Assembly: GCA_040377305.1 (NCBI GenBank)
Contig: JBEIPA010000007.1
Location: 1-64,000 of the forward strand
DNA length: 64,000 nt
Direction: 5' to 3'
Source: Flavobacteriales bacterium
GTDB lineage: Bacteria; Bacteroidota; Bacteroidia; Palsa-965
Made by a program: the position numbers and the translations under genes. The notes beneath the pieces were generated by a model. It was given only the letters and a program-made list of their open reading frames with translations. It was not told the DNA's origin and ran no database searches. Positions 10,202 to 19,993 of the stretch are shown in pieces (position 1 is the stretch's first letter; every line of letters begins with the position of its first letter).

Positions 10202-10795
10202 ATGAGAACCATATGGACTTGCGCCTTCGTCCTGGTTGTACTGACCTTGCATGCAAAGCGCGACTCGCTAGAATTCCAGCATAATATTGGAGCGGAGTGC
10301 GGTGGCAATAGTCCATTTTATGTTGATCGTCCTATACTGATGTCGAATATTTATTATCAAGTTATGGCACGGTCAATTAACAATAATAAATCGATCACAT
10401 CCAAGATCGGTTACATGTCAGGCCTTACGCGTAATGCGGATCGCCTGCATGAGATGATTTTTGAATCAGGAATTTTATTTGGTAAAGGGGCCTGTCGATT
10501 GGATTGCTGTTTAGGTTACACGATGCTATTGGGACGACAGTTAATTCGGATAAAAACTTCAGGAACCTATGAGGAACAATACACGGAGGTTAATTTCTAT
10601 GACTTTTTAGTTACCAGAATTGGACTTTCAATATTTCCGAAAAGATCACCGCATTTATTTTTTCGTTTTGGTTATACGCCACATTGGATTTTACCACACA
10701 ATCCAATCCCTGACCCCAGTGAATCGAATTATCCTCAATCTCTTCCAAGGTTTAACCCCTTGTGGATTGGTGTTAGCGTTGGTGTAACATTCTAA
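10202..10795 (+). CDS. Hypothetical outer-membrane beta-strand protein
   Basis: Signal peptide, alternating-strand pattern, ends WIGVSVGVTF. Confidence 0.65.
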   Translation: MRTIWTCAFVLVVLTLHAKRDSLEFQHNIGAECGGNSPFYVDRPILMSNIYYQVMARSINNNKSITSKIGYMSGLTRNADRLHEMIFESGILFGKGACRLDCCLGYTMLLGRQLIRIKTSGTYEEQYTEVNFYDFLVTRIGLSIFPKRSPHLFFRFGYTPHWILPHNPIPDPSESNYPQSLPRFNPLWIGVSVGVTF

Positions 10796-10805
10796 ATTTT
10801 GCAGG

Positions 10806-11996
10806 ATGAATAAAATAAGGTTAGTCATATTACTCGGTCTTAGCGGCATCCATGTTTATGCTCAAACCTGGACCCCGCTCTCCTGCGGCTCTTCCGCCGA
10901 AGTCCACAGAATCGATTTTCCTGCCGTTGATACCGGTTACGTTTCATTGAGCAACAACACACTGAGAAGAACTACCAACTCCGGTGCAAATTGGTCGCCC
11001 TGCACAGTTCCTGCCAATTCCATTGTTCAACTTGATTTTGTCACTGGCCAGAGAGGTTGTATGGTTCAAACGAACGGAATCAGCCTTACAACAGACGGTG
11101 CGCAAACATGGGCACCGGTTCTCACAAACGTATCGCTGGATTTCTACGATGTGTTTTTTGTAAATGCGAATGTGGGTTTTACAAGTGCGCTAAATTCAAA
11201 TCTCGATTCAGTCTACATTTTTCAGACTACTAATAGCGGATCAAACTGGAATCTGGTTTCCGCGCATGGAGGACCGTACAACATATTCTATCCGGAGTTG
11301 TATTTTATTTCACCGTTAATCGGCTTCACGACTTTTGATGCTGGCATTTTGAAAACAATCGATGGGGGCGTTACCTGGAACGTAGTATTCACTGATCCGA
11401 ATACCGATGTTTGGAATTCGATGTCGTCACCTGATGGTGTTACAATTCGTGGAGGTGGAATGCTTGGATGGCTGTACGAATCAGCAAATACAGGTGCAAG
11501 TTGGACTTCCACAACGCAGTTAACTTATCCCGGATATGGAATGTTCTTTTCAACCGCAACGCATGGATTCTATTGTGGAGGAAACGGCTTTGGAAGTGGT
11601 GCAATAGAAGAAACAAATAATGGAGGAACGACATGGACGCCAGTGCATACAGGTAACTCATTCTGGTGTATGGATTTTCCTGCTGTGAATCGTGGCTATG
11701 TTGGTGGAACGAATGGCGTAGTGGTTCGCTATGATGGCGGTCCTCAATCCGTGAACGAGCTTTCGTCATCTCAAGTGTTTCTCTTTCCCAATCCCGCAAA
11801 CAATTTCGTATCTCTCCAAAACACTAAACCAAATTCAATCATCACATTCACTAACTGTATCGGCGAAATTGTTTTCACTACTATTGTAGAGGAGTCACAA
11901 ACAACCGTTGATGTTTCCACTTTACCCCCGGGAATTTATCTCTGTGAGGTTCGCGATGGAGAAAGGACTGAAACGCATAAGCTTGTAGTTCTGTAA
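10806..11996 (+). CDS. YCF48/BNR-repeat beta-propeller with T9SS CTD
   Basis: Repeated TT(N/D)(S/G)GxxW Asp-box motifs; FPNPA...LPPGIYL...HKLVVL CTD. Confidence 0.85.
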   Translation: MNKIRLVILLGLSGIHVYAQTWTPLSCGSSAEVHRIDFPAVDTGYVSLSNNTLRRTTNSGANWSPCTVPANSIVQLDFVTGQRGCMVQTNGISLTTDGAQTWAPVLTNVSLDFYDVFFVNANVGFTSALNSNLDSVYIFQTTNSGSNWNLVSAHGGPYNIFYPELYFISPLIGFTTFDAGILKTIDGGVTWNVVFTDPNTDVWNSMSSPDGVTIRGGGMLGWLYESANTGASWTSTTQLTYPGYGMFFSTATHGFYCGGNGFGSGAIEETNNGGTTWTPVHTGNSFWCMDFPAVNRGYVGGTNGVVVRYDGGPQSVNELSSSQVFLFPNPANNFVSLQNTKPNSIITFTNCIGEIVFTTIVEESQTTVDVSTLPPGIYLCEVRDGERTETHKLVVL

Positions 11997-12057
11997 TTCC
12001 CACAGGAGGAGACCTCAACACACTTCGTGGGTTAAACCCTTTGTGGGGTTGTTGCAA

Positions 12058-14181
12058 TTAGTTAATCCTCACTCCCCAAGCACACACATCATCAATCTGC
12101 TCAATTTCTCCGCGCCAGTTTCTCAAAGTATCGTCGAGCATTTTCTTTTGTTCACTCATGCTAAGCGAATGCAACTTGAGTAGAAGTTCTCTCAGTTGTG
12201 CCACTTTAAACTTCTTGCCATTCGGTCCGCCAAACTGATCGGCAAAGCCATCAGAGAACATATACAACATATCTCCGCGCTGTAAATCAATACGGTGTGT
12301 CGTGAAGGGTTTATTGTCGACATACTTACCAATCGGTTGCTTGTCGGCTTTGTATTCTAACAATGCCCCGTTTCTGACAATGAACAATCCGATATTGGCG
12401 CCAGCCCAAAGAAGCTGATTATCTTTTAGTGAACACAAGCTGATGTCCATTCCATCGAGTACTTGTTCTTCACTCTTCCCGAATTCTTCCATCACAATAT
12501 CTCGCGTCTTCTCAAGAATTTTCGCGGGATCCGTCAACCCGTGTTCACGTACACTGCGATTCAGACCATTGTTACAGAATACTGAGACAAGCGCTCCAGG
12601 AACACCATGACCCGTACAATCGGCAACCGCAAAAAGTGTCGCATCGTTTTTCCGTTCGAGCCAATAGAAGTCTCCGGCAACAATGTCTTTTGGTTTGTAC
12701 AAAACGAAGCTTGATGGTAAAAACTGGCTTACTACTTTATCCGGAGGAAGAATTGCATTCTGAATTCGGCGCGCGTAGTTAATACTATCAAGAATTTCCT
12801 TGTTCTTATGTCCGAGCTGGTGGTGTGCAGTTTCTACCACGTGTTTCTGTTCTTCAATGATCAGTTTTTGTTTTCTGGTGAGTTGAAGACGATTGAACAC
12901 AAAAATCAAAAACGCAACAACGAGTATCAACCCTATGATTGCGGCGATAATGATGATGCGCTGCTTAGCCTGCTTCTCCGCTTCGATGGTCAGTTCAGTC
13001 GCGTGCGTAGCGTCGTCCAGAATTTTCTGCTTGTCGTATTTGTATTGTGCTTGCTGACGGGTTGTAGCTGCCTGAGATTCTTCATTGCTGATGCGATCGC
13101 GATTCTCAATGTACAACTTGAACATCTCAAGAGCTTTGATGTAATTTCCCTGCTTCTCGTAAATGAATGATAGCGCCTCAGCGGCGGTGGAAATGTTCTC
13201 CGGGTAATTGAGCTCGAGCGAAGTTTTCAGACTGCGCTCACCATAGTAGATGCCGGAATCAAGTTGGTTAAGCTCGCCAAAGACACTTGCAATGGCCGCC
13301 TCACTCTTTGCGATGTAAGCTTTCGATCCGTATTGAAGCCGAAGTGCAAGACTTTGGCGATAACAGATCAGTGACGAATCAAGATTTCCTGAACGCTTGT
13401 ACATTCCTCCAAGATTCCCAAGTGCCGTAAACATCCCTCTGTAATTCTTATTGGCAGCACAGATCTCGTAGCTGGTGGAATAATAATAGCGCGCACTATC
13501 GTAATCGCCGTAATCGTCGAAGATCACACCAATATTGTTCAGCCCTTGCGCAACACCTTTATGATCATTGGCCATCGCACGCTCATTCATGCTGCGGCGA
13601 TAACATTCCAGTGCTTTCACTGTATCGTGCTGACTGTGATAGAGCAAGCCTAGATTGTTATACGTATTTCCGATTCCTTTGTGATCACGCAGTGCTTCAC
13701 GGATCAGTATAGCGCGCTCGTAATATTTCAGTGCAAGTTCAATGTCGCCGAGACTGTAATACGTAAGACCAATGTTGTTGCAGACGTTCGCAACTCCACC
13801 ACTATCGTTTACATTTTCGAAAAGTACCAGGGCACTGCTGTAGTTCTCAATTCCTTTTTCAAAATTTCCATCTTCCTTGTAGCAAAAGCCCAGATTGTTC
13901 AGGCACATGGCTTTGTACCGCTCAAAAGTCTGTCGCAAAGGAACATTACTTGTTGCAGAAACTGCCAGTCGCTCGCAATCAACTGTTAGCGTGTCCCAAT
14001 ATCCTATGCGCAGGATGGGCATGTATTCACCCAACGCATAACGCGCATGAATTTTGGAGGTATCGTGCGAGGCTTTTGAGGTGATAACTGTCCTCAGGCT
14101 ATCCGCATACGGATCGTTACCTGCGAATAAGTAAGGGCAGGAGAGAAATGAAAAAAGAAAAAGGAGAGAATAACGGAGCAC
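12058..14181 (-). CDS. TPR-repeat membrane sensor with SpoIIE/PP2C phosphatase
   Basis: Multiple NN(L/I)G TPR units, one TM, KPKDIVAGDFYW, DCTGHGVPGA, FSDGFADQFGG, QIDD. Confidence 0.9.
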   Translation of the reverse strand: MLRYSLLFLFSFLSCPYLFAGNDPYADSLRTVITSKASHDTSKIHARYALGEYMPILRIGYWDTLTVDCERLAVSATSNVPLRQTFERYKAMCLNNLGFCYKEDGNFEKGIENYSSALVLFENVNDSGGVANVCNNIGLTYYSLGDIELALKYYERAILIREALRDHKGIGNTYNNLGLLYHSQHDTVKALECYRRSMNERAMANDHKGVAQGLNNIGVIFDDYGDYDSARYYYSTSYEICAANKNYRGMFTALGNLGGMYKRSGNLDSSLICYRQSLALRLQYGSKAYIAKSEAAIASVFGELNQLDSGIYYGERSLKTSLELNYPENISTAAEALSFIYEKQGNYIKALEMFKLYIENRDRISNEESQAATTRQQAQYKYDKQKILDDATHATELTIEAEKQAKQRIIIIAAIIGLILVVAFLIFVFNRLQLTRKQKLIIEEQKHVVETAHHQLGHKNKEILDSINYARRIQNAILPPDKVVSQFLPSSFVLYKPKDIVAGDFYWLERKNDATLFAVADCTGHGVPGALVSVFCNNGLNRSVREHGLTDPAKILEKTRDIVMEEFGKSEEQVLDGMDISLCSLKDNQLLWAGANIGLFIVRNGALLEYKADKQPIGKYVDNKPFTTHRIDLQRGDMLYMFSDGFADQFGGPNGKKFKVAQLRELLLKLHSLSMSEQKKMLDDTLRNWRGEIEQIDDVCAWGVRIN

Positions 14182-14237
14182 AGGACAAAATACGCAAATC
14201 TGTTTACACTATTCTAACCGTTTGCTAAGTGAACGAA

Positions 14238-15443
14238 CTATTCCACCTCGCAAACAAACAGCTTACTCTCCTTATTTCCTTTCAGAGAAAAAAGAGATTG
14301 GAATCCAACTTCTGCAATGATGAAATTCACTGCGGGCGATTTGTATTCTTCAACCACATTACGGATTTCGATATCCTTCAACTCCGACTTGTCGGTGAAG
14401 CGAATGTAAACTTTGATTGAGAAGTCGTTGTCGAGTAAAGCCTTTCCGGGATTTTTTCCGTGGTTGTTCTTTTCCAACTTCTTCAGCTTGCGATAACCGT
14501 ACTTGTAATCGTAGGTTAATGCGGAAACATCAGATAGAACCGCACTACCGGTCGGGTGACTTCCAGCGCCTTTACCCACGAAAGTTTGCTTGCACGAATA
14601 AGCGCCTTCTACTTCGATTGCGTTGTACTCGTACAATACTTTGAAAAGTTCATCGTCCTGTTTTACAAATCGCGGCATCACGTACACACGGAATTTATCC
14701 CCCGATTTTGCTGCGCTACCAATGAGTTTTATGCGTAAACCTTTTTCTTTCGCATAACGAATATCGCTGAAGGAAATGTTTTGTATACCGAGATTCAAAA
14801 CGTCATCCGGCTTGAGCACAACTCCAAACGCATGCACATTGAGCAGAATGGTTTTGAACAATGTGTCATAACCGGCAACATCCATCCATGGATCCAATTC
14901 AGCAAACCCGCTATCCTGCGCATCTTTCAGAACAACACCGTAATCTTTATTCTCCAATTCCATTCGGGTGAGAATATAGTTCGTTGTTCCGTTGAGAATG
15001 CCCCGCAGACTGCTCAACAACTCATTGTCGTAATATTCTTCGAGTGTACGGATGATGGGAATACTTCCGCCAGCCGATCCTTCGTAGATCAACGCCTTGC
15101 CGGTTTCAACCTGTATGCGATACAACTCATCGAAGTATGTAGCCAGCATTTTTTTACTCGCGCTCACTACGTGCATGCCATTGCGCATCGCTGTACTTGC
15201 AATTCGGTATGCTTCTTCGGTATCCGTGATCATTTCCACCACCACATCAACATCTTTTCGGTCGAGAATATCTTTCGACTCATAAGAAAGCAGCGACTGA
15301 TCAACACTTCGCTTCTTCGTGCGGTCTTTCACACCAATGCCGTGGATATTCGCCTGCAACACTTCAGAATGGTTCAACACATCGTACAATCCTTGTCCAA
15401 CGCAACCGAATCCAAACAACGCTACTGATATTTTATTTTCCAT
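14238..15443 (-). CDS. hom: Homoserine dehydrogenase
   Basis: GFGCVG Rossmann motif, YEGSAGGSIPII, GILNGTTNYIL, GKGAGSHPTGSAVLSD. Confidence 0.93.
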   Translation of the reverse strand: MENKISVALFGFGCVGQGLYDVLNHSEVLQANIHGIGVKDRTKKRSVDQSLLSYESKDILDRKDVDVVVEMITDTEEAYRIASTAMRNGMHVVSASKKMLATYFDELYRIQVETGKALIYEGSAGGSIPIIRTLEEYYDNELLSSLRGILNGTTNYILTRMELENKDYGVVLKDAQDSGFAELDPWMDVAGYDTLFKTILLNVHAFGVVLKPDDVLNLGIQNISFSDIRYAKEKGLRIKLIGSAAKSGDKFRVYVMPRFVKQDDELFKVLYEYNAIEVEGAYSCKQTFVGKGAGSHPTGSAVLSDVSALTYDYKYGYRKLKKLEKNNHGKNPGKALLDNDFSIKVYIRFTDKSELKDIEIRNVVEEYKSPAVNFIIAEVGFQSLFSLKGNKESKLFVCEVE

Positions 15444-15447
15444 GGCT

Positions 15448-15455
15448 CAAATGTA
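15448..15455 (-). promoter_or_regulatory. Bacteroidota -7 promoter element for hom
   Basis: Minus-strand TACATTTG matches TAnnTTTG, 4 nt before the ATG. Confidence 0.5.
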
Positions 15456-15509
15456 AACTTTGGTTGTATTAACTCATTGACTCTTTCTATGCAATTATTG
15501 ATATGATGG

Positions 15510-15602
15510 ATATGTAATCGCTGATTCACGGTTCTCCCCTTTTTCCGAAGGGACTCCTTCGGAGGGGGAGTTAGAGGGGCGAGTGAATCAGCGATTACAT
15601 AT
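15510..15602. repeat. Nested hairpin: perfect 20-bp inverted repeat enclosing a REP-like palindrome
   Basis: atatgtaatcgctgattcac (15510-15529) / gtgaatcagcgattacatat (15583-15602); inner tccgaagg-gact-ccttcgga. Confidence 0.8.
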
Positions 15603-16245
15603 GTAGTCCGCACTCTGTCTTCGACCGATTCACCCATCGTCCTTCTCTACCTCGTCCTTTCACCGTACAATGAATGCAACCCACGGAATTGAAACCGTGT
15701 TTCAGTAGCGGATGTTCCGGTAACGAATGTTTGATTATGTATGCTTTCGCTTCTTCATCACTCATATCGATGATCGGATAGAACTTCAGAATTCCGCTCT
15801 TCTCTTCGAAAATGTGCATCTGTTTTCGATAGCTGTTCTGACTTTGCATCAAACCGCTAACCCATACTTCATAACCTGCTTTGATTTTATCGAGAGGTTC
15901 AACTTTATTGATCGAGCAACACAAATCAGGATCCTTACTCCAGGTTTGATCACTGTTGGTGAAATTGTTCTTCCACTCTTCCGGTGTCACGGTGTGAACG
16001 GTAAGTCCAAGCTGTTTCGTCAGCAGCTCTTTGTATTCGAGTGTTTCTGCGAAGTGATAAGTTGTGTCCAGAAAGATCACGTCCTGATTTTTGTTGGCTT
16101 CACTGAAGATGTTGAGTAACACAGCCGATGTTGTTCCGAATGAAGACGTGAGCAGAACCTTGTCGAAATCAACATACAATTGCTTCACGCGTTCAATGGG
16201 CGTGAGGTTGATGTATTTGTTATTTAGTTCCTGTAGGTTCTTCAC
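15595..16245 (-). CDS. cysH: APS/PAPS reductase (Fe-S type)
   Basis: SSFG, FLDTTYHF, CCSINKVEP, SVGCIHCT, REGRW, ECGLH; start set at the GTGA overlap with the upstream gene. Confidence 0.92.
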   Translation of the reverse strand: MKNLQELNNKYINLTPIERVKQLYVDFDKVLLTSSFGTTSAVLLNIFSEANKNQDVIFLDTTYHFAETLEYKELLTKQLGLTVHTVTPEEWKNNFTNSDQTWSKDPDLCCSINKVEPLDKIKAGYEVWVSGLMQSQNSYRKQMHIFEEKSGILKFYPIIDMSDEEAKAYIIKHSLPEHPLLKHGFNSVGCIHCTVKGRGREGRWVNRSKTECGLHM

Positions 16246-17789
16246 AGTAGTACGGAAAGGAGATTCTTGAGACTTACAATGATGATCGCTATAGCAACTA
16301 CAATCAGACCGGTGCGAACAGGAATTTTGGAAGTCAGATAAGCCGCAATCGGAGCAGCAATTACTCCCCCAATAACAAGCCCCGTAATTTCCTGCCAATG
16401 TGTAATTCCCAGAAAGATGAAGAACGTAAATGTGCTCGTGAGTGTAACGAAGAACTCAGCCAACGACACCGAACCCACAGTGTACTTTACATTTCTTCCT
16501 TGTGCGATGAGGGTTGATGAAACAATCGGTCCCCAGCCTCCGCCACCAATGGAATCCAAAAATGCGCCGAAGAAACCGAGGAGCCCAATGCGTTTTACTT
16601 TCCGCTTCTCTTTGAGTTTCTTGATGGCTTTCGTGAGAATTATTCCTCCCAGAATCAATGTGTAGACGGAGACAAATGGTTTTACGTAGACAGCATATTC
16701 TTCCAGACTTGAAAGCACATAAGCACCAATTGCTGCACCGATGATTCCCGGAATCAACAAATGACGAAAGAGCTTACCGTTTACATTTTTAAACTTCAAG
16801 TGGCTCAATCCGGACGCTCCTGTTGTAAATACTTCGGAAGCATGCACACTTGCACTCGTTGCCGCAGGAGAAATTCCGAACGACATCAGAAACGTGGATG
16901 CTGTAACTCCATACGCCATGCCGAGTGAACCGTCAACCATCTGCGCGATGAATCCTGCCGCTACGCAAATCAGCAAGCGAGAGTCAACCTGATCGTAAAC
17001 TGTGCCGGCATATCCGCCGATTGTTTCAAACGGAATAAGACTGAACAGCAGATGTCCGACCACCATCAGACCCAGTGCCGCGAAACCAAATAGCGACCAG
17101 TATTTCCAGGTTCGCTTTTTGCGTTCAACAAGCTCGCCGGCGAGGTGCGGCTGCAGCGAAATAATATTTTTGTTCTTATTGAGAACAGCAGTGACTTCAT
17201 TGAGCACACGGACTTTTTCCGCGAAATCTCCTTTCAGATGTTCACGAAGTTCATGCAGATTCTCCAGCGTCTGCTGACTTTCTTCCGGAATTGATTCGGC
17301 AAGAATTTCTTTCAGTCGCTTGGTAAACGTTGGCGATTTTCCGTTGGAAGAAATGGCAATTTTCAAATCACCTTTCCGCACAACAGACGACAAGTAGAAA
17401 TCGCAGTACGCTGGTGTGTCGGCAACATTGACGAGGAGATTTCTCTTATGCGCTTCAAGAACAAGTTGATTCACCAGATCAAAATCATTGACCGCAATGA
17501 AAACGATATCCTGCTCGTCGAAGTCATCGTTAGTTACTGCGCGCTCTTCCAGAGAAAGATTCGGATATTGTTCCGCAAGCTTTCGTATTTCAGTCTTTAT
17601 CGTTTTGCCAACGAGCTTTACCTGTGTTGCCGGACTATTTCCGAGTACTGCATGAAGTTTTTCTGCGGCAACGTTTCCACCACCGATGACAAGCAAGCGC
17701 AAATCTTCCAGTTTCAGAAAAACGGGGAAGAGCTTGTTGATGCCGGAAGTTTCGGAGGCAACGTCTGCAGAAATTTCTTCAGTATTCAC
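16242..17789 (-). CDS. Fusion: precorrin-2 dehydrogenase/ferrochelatase (SirC/Met8-like) + TauE/SafE (TSUP) transporter
   Basis: FPVFLKL, VIGGGNVA, VNVAD..CDFY, KIAISSNGKSP; then AGFIAQMVDGSLGMAYG, DSIGGGGWGP and multiple TMs. Confidence 0.88.
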   Translation of the reverse strand: MNTEEISADVASETSGINKLFPVFLKLEDLRLLVIGGGNVAAEKLHAVLGNSPATQVKLVGKTIKTEIRKLAEQYPNLSLEERAVTNDDFDEQDIVFIAVNDFDLVNQLVLEAHKRNLLVNVADTPAYCDFYLSSVVRKGDLKIAISSNGKSPTFTKRLKEILAESIPEESQQTLENLHELREHLKGDFAEKVRVLNEVTAVLNKNKNIISLQPHLAGELVERKKRTWKYWSLFGFAALGLMVVGHLLFSLIPFETIGGYAGTVYDQVDSRLLICVAAGFIAQMVDGSLGMAYGVTASTFLMSFGISPAATSASVHASEVFTTGASGLSHLKFKNVNGKLFRHLLIPGIIGAAIGAYVLSSLEEYAVYVKPFVSVYTLILGGIILTKAIKKLKEKRKVKRIGLLGFFGAFLDSIGGGGWGPIVSSTLIAQGRNVKYTVGSVSLAEFFVTLTSTFTFFIFLGITHWQEITGLVIGGVIAAPIAAYLTSKIPVRTGLIVVAIAIIIVSLKNLLSVLL

Positions 17790-18526
17790 TTCGCCGCCTC
17801 CTTGGGTTTAGGTGCAAGCGTGAACTGATAGATAATTCTTCCGTTGTGAAACTCATCCACGACTGTGCTGTTTCGTTGCAGATACAGGTATAAATAGGTC
17901 AGTTGAATACTGTGGTTGGCATTGAATTTATAACCAACTCCAGCCCACGACCGATTCTGATCGAACGCAGAAAAACCATTAGTTTTTTGGTAAACGAAAA
18001 ATTCATTTCCGGCAATCAGGAAAAGCGGAGATGGTCTTTCTGCACTTCCAAACGAGTACGTGTAATCAACACGCAATCGCAAGCGGAAGGAATGAAAGGT
18101 GAAATTATCGGCAAGTTCAATACCGGCATATTCCTTAATGAAACGCTGTTCAAAACGCGCTCGTGGATAAATCACATGGTGTGAATTCGGTTTGAATTTA
18201 TAACCGACTTCCTGCCACGGTCGTAATTCGGGGCGCGCAGGAAGTTCGTTAGGGTTGGGATAGAGCTGCCAATAGGAAATGCCCGGTGACAACAGCAATC
18301 CCTTTTTGCTTTTCCACGTGGCACAGGGTCGTATCGTCCATTGGAAAATATCACCATCGGTGTATTCATAACGAAATTGTGCATCCAGCCACGCCGACCA
18401 ACTTTCGTTGAATTTGTATTCACCCAAAAGTCCAGTCCACACCAGACTGCGTGTGTTCACAACGCGATCTTGCGCTGAACTGCCTAATGAACTAACTAAA
18501 GCAATCATTACGAGTAACTTTTTCAT
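17786..18526 (-). CDS. DUF2490-like outer-membrane barrel (paralog 2)
   Basis: Signal peptide, ELRPWQE, RARFEQRF, RLRLR, GNEFF, FDQNRSWAGVGY. Confidence 0.8.
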   Translation of the reverse strand: MKKLLVMIALVSSLGSSAQDRVVNTRSLVWTGLLGEYKFNESWSAWLDAQFRYEYTDGDIFQWTIRPCATWKSKKGLLLSPGISYWQLYPNPNELPARPELRPWQEVGYKFKPNSHHVIYPRARFEQRFIKEYAGIELADNFTFHSFRLRLRVDYTYSFGSAERPSPLFLIAGNEFFVYQKTNGFSAFDQNRSWAGVGYKFNANHSIQLTYLYLYLQRNSTVVDEFHNGRIIYQFTLAPKPKEAAK

Positions 18527-18579
18527 ACACACCTTCTTGCTGAAAATTGCAACGCGAAGGTACGTTTTGGGTGTGAAAC

Positions 18580-19326
18580 TTATTTCTGAGAATCGTCAAT
18601 TTGCTGTCGGGTTTGCCCAGTGAATTGTAGTGTTAACCGAATCACGTGGAATTGATCAAAAATAGTACGGGCCCGTTGCTGATAAATGTGGAGATACGTG
18701 AGTTGCGCAGCGAAAGACGCAGTGATCTTGTATGCGAATCCTACCCAAATGCGATTTTGATCATGTGATGTAAAACCGTTTTCGCGACGATGAAACATGA
18801 TTTCGTCTCCAAGCACGAGGGACCATCTTCGGGTTCCTGAATCGCCCAAGGAATAGAAGTACTCCGCACGAAACCTCAGCCGATAAGTGTGAAAGTTAAA
18901 TTCATCAGCGAGTTCAGTACCGTCATACTCTTTAAAGAATCGTTGTTCAAAACGAACACGTGGATAAAAGCTGTGATGAATTCCGAAATCAAATTTCCTT
19001 CCCGCTTCCTGCCACGGTCTGAGCTCCGGTCGCGATGGGCGTCCGTTGGGATTTGAATAGTGAAGGAATGCACAACCACCCGCTGTTAACTGAATTCCGA
19101 ATGCGTTTTTGTATTGCAAACCGCTCCGTATGCCCGATTGGAAAATGTCACCGTCTGTTGTTTCAATGCGAAACAATGCATCGTTCACGATAGACCACTT
19201 CTCGTTGAGCTTGTAGTGTAGTGTTACCGATCCCCAGAACAAGTTGCGCGTATTGACCGTTCGCGATGTTTGAGCGGGAAGGAATGTTGTGATGAGCAAG
19301 GCCAGCACAACCAGGTACTTTTTCAT
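18580..19326 (-). CDS. DUF2490-like outer-membrane barrel (paralog 1)
   Basis: Signal peptide, ELRPWQE, RVRFEQRF, RLRFR, GDEIM, DQNRIWVGFAY. Confidence 0.8.
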   Translation of the reverse strand: MKKYLVVLALLITTFLPAQTSRTVNTRNLFWGSVTLHYKLNEKWSIVNDALFRIETTDGDIFQSGIRSGLQYKNAFGIQLTAGGCAFLHYSNPNGRPSRPELRPWQEAGRKFDFGIHHSFYPRVRFEQRFFKEYDGTELADEFNFHTYRLRFRAEYFYSLGDSGTRRWSLVLGDEIMFHRRENGFTSHDQNRIWVGFAYKITASFAAQLTYLHIYQQRARTIFDQFHVIRLTLQFTGQTRQQIDDSQK

Positions 19327-19333
19327 TTAGTCC

Positions 19334-19969
19334 TCAAAGATTTGGTTGTGGAGTCGTTCGCAGATAAGATTTGATGCGTGTGTATCCTTTCGGAAACTTC
19401 GCAGCAATTTCTTCGTCTTTAACTGCCGGCACAATTATTACATCATCGCCATGTTTCCAATCGGCTGGTGTGGCAACACTATAGTTTGCGGTGAGCTGAA
19501 GTGAATCGATCACACGAATGAGTTCATCGAAATTTCTTCCCGTGCTCGCTGGATAAGTGATGGTCAGTTTTATTTTCTTGTCAGGACCAATCACAAATAC
19601 AGAACGTACCGTGAATTTCTCACTGGCATTCGGATGAATCATATCGTAAAGGGTCGCAACATTTCGATCAGAATCCGCAATGATCGGAAAGTTCACCGTC
19701 GTATTCTGGGTTTCGTTAATGTCTTTAACCCAGCTGATGTGCGACTCAAGCGGATCAACACTCACAGCAAGCACTTTCACCCCGCGCTTGTCGAATTCGG
19801 ATTTAAGCTTTGCGGTGCGTCCAAGTTCGGTTGTGCAAACCGGTGTATAATCGGCAGGATGTGAAAACAAAACACCCCAACTGTTGCTTAGCCATTCGTG
19901 GAAGTTGATTGTTCCTTCTGTTGTTTGAGCGCTGAAGTCTGGCGCAAGATCTCCTAATCGTAGTGACAT
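19334..19969 (-). CDS. 1-Cys peroxiredoxin (Prx6 family)
   Basis: FSHPADYTPVCTTE, TVRSVFVI, YPASTGRNFDE, ATPADW. Confidence 0.95.
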   Translation of the reverse strand: MSLRLGDLAPDFSAQTTEGTINFHEWLSNSWGVLFSHPADYTPVCTTELGRTAKLKSEFDKRGVKVLAVSVDPLESHISWVKDINETQNTTVNFPIIADSDRNVATLYDMIHPNASEKFTVRSVFVIGPDKKIKLTITYPASTGRNFDELIRVIDSLQLTANYSVATPADWKHGDDVIIVPAVKDEEIAAKFPKGYTRIKSYLRTTPQPNL

Positions 19970-19993
19970 GTTATTTGGTTTTAAGGGTTTGTG

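Noticed and set aside
12000-12055. Possible REP or terminator between convergent genes
   Set aside because: Pairing is weak and imperfect, so I could not support a call.
15444-15594. SAM riboswitch or T-box upstream of hom
   Set aside because: No SAM-I or T-box consensus recognised; the region is explained by the nested inverted repeat.
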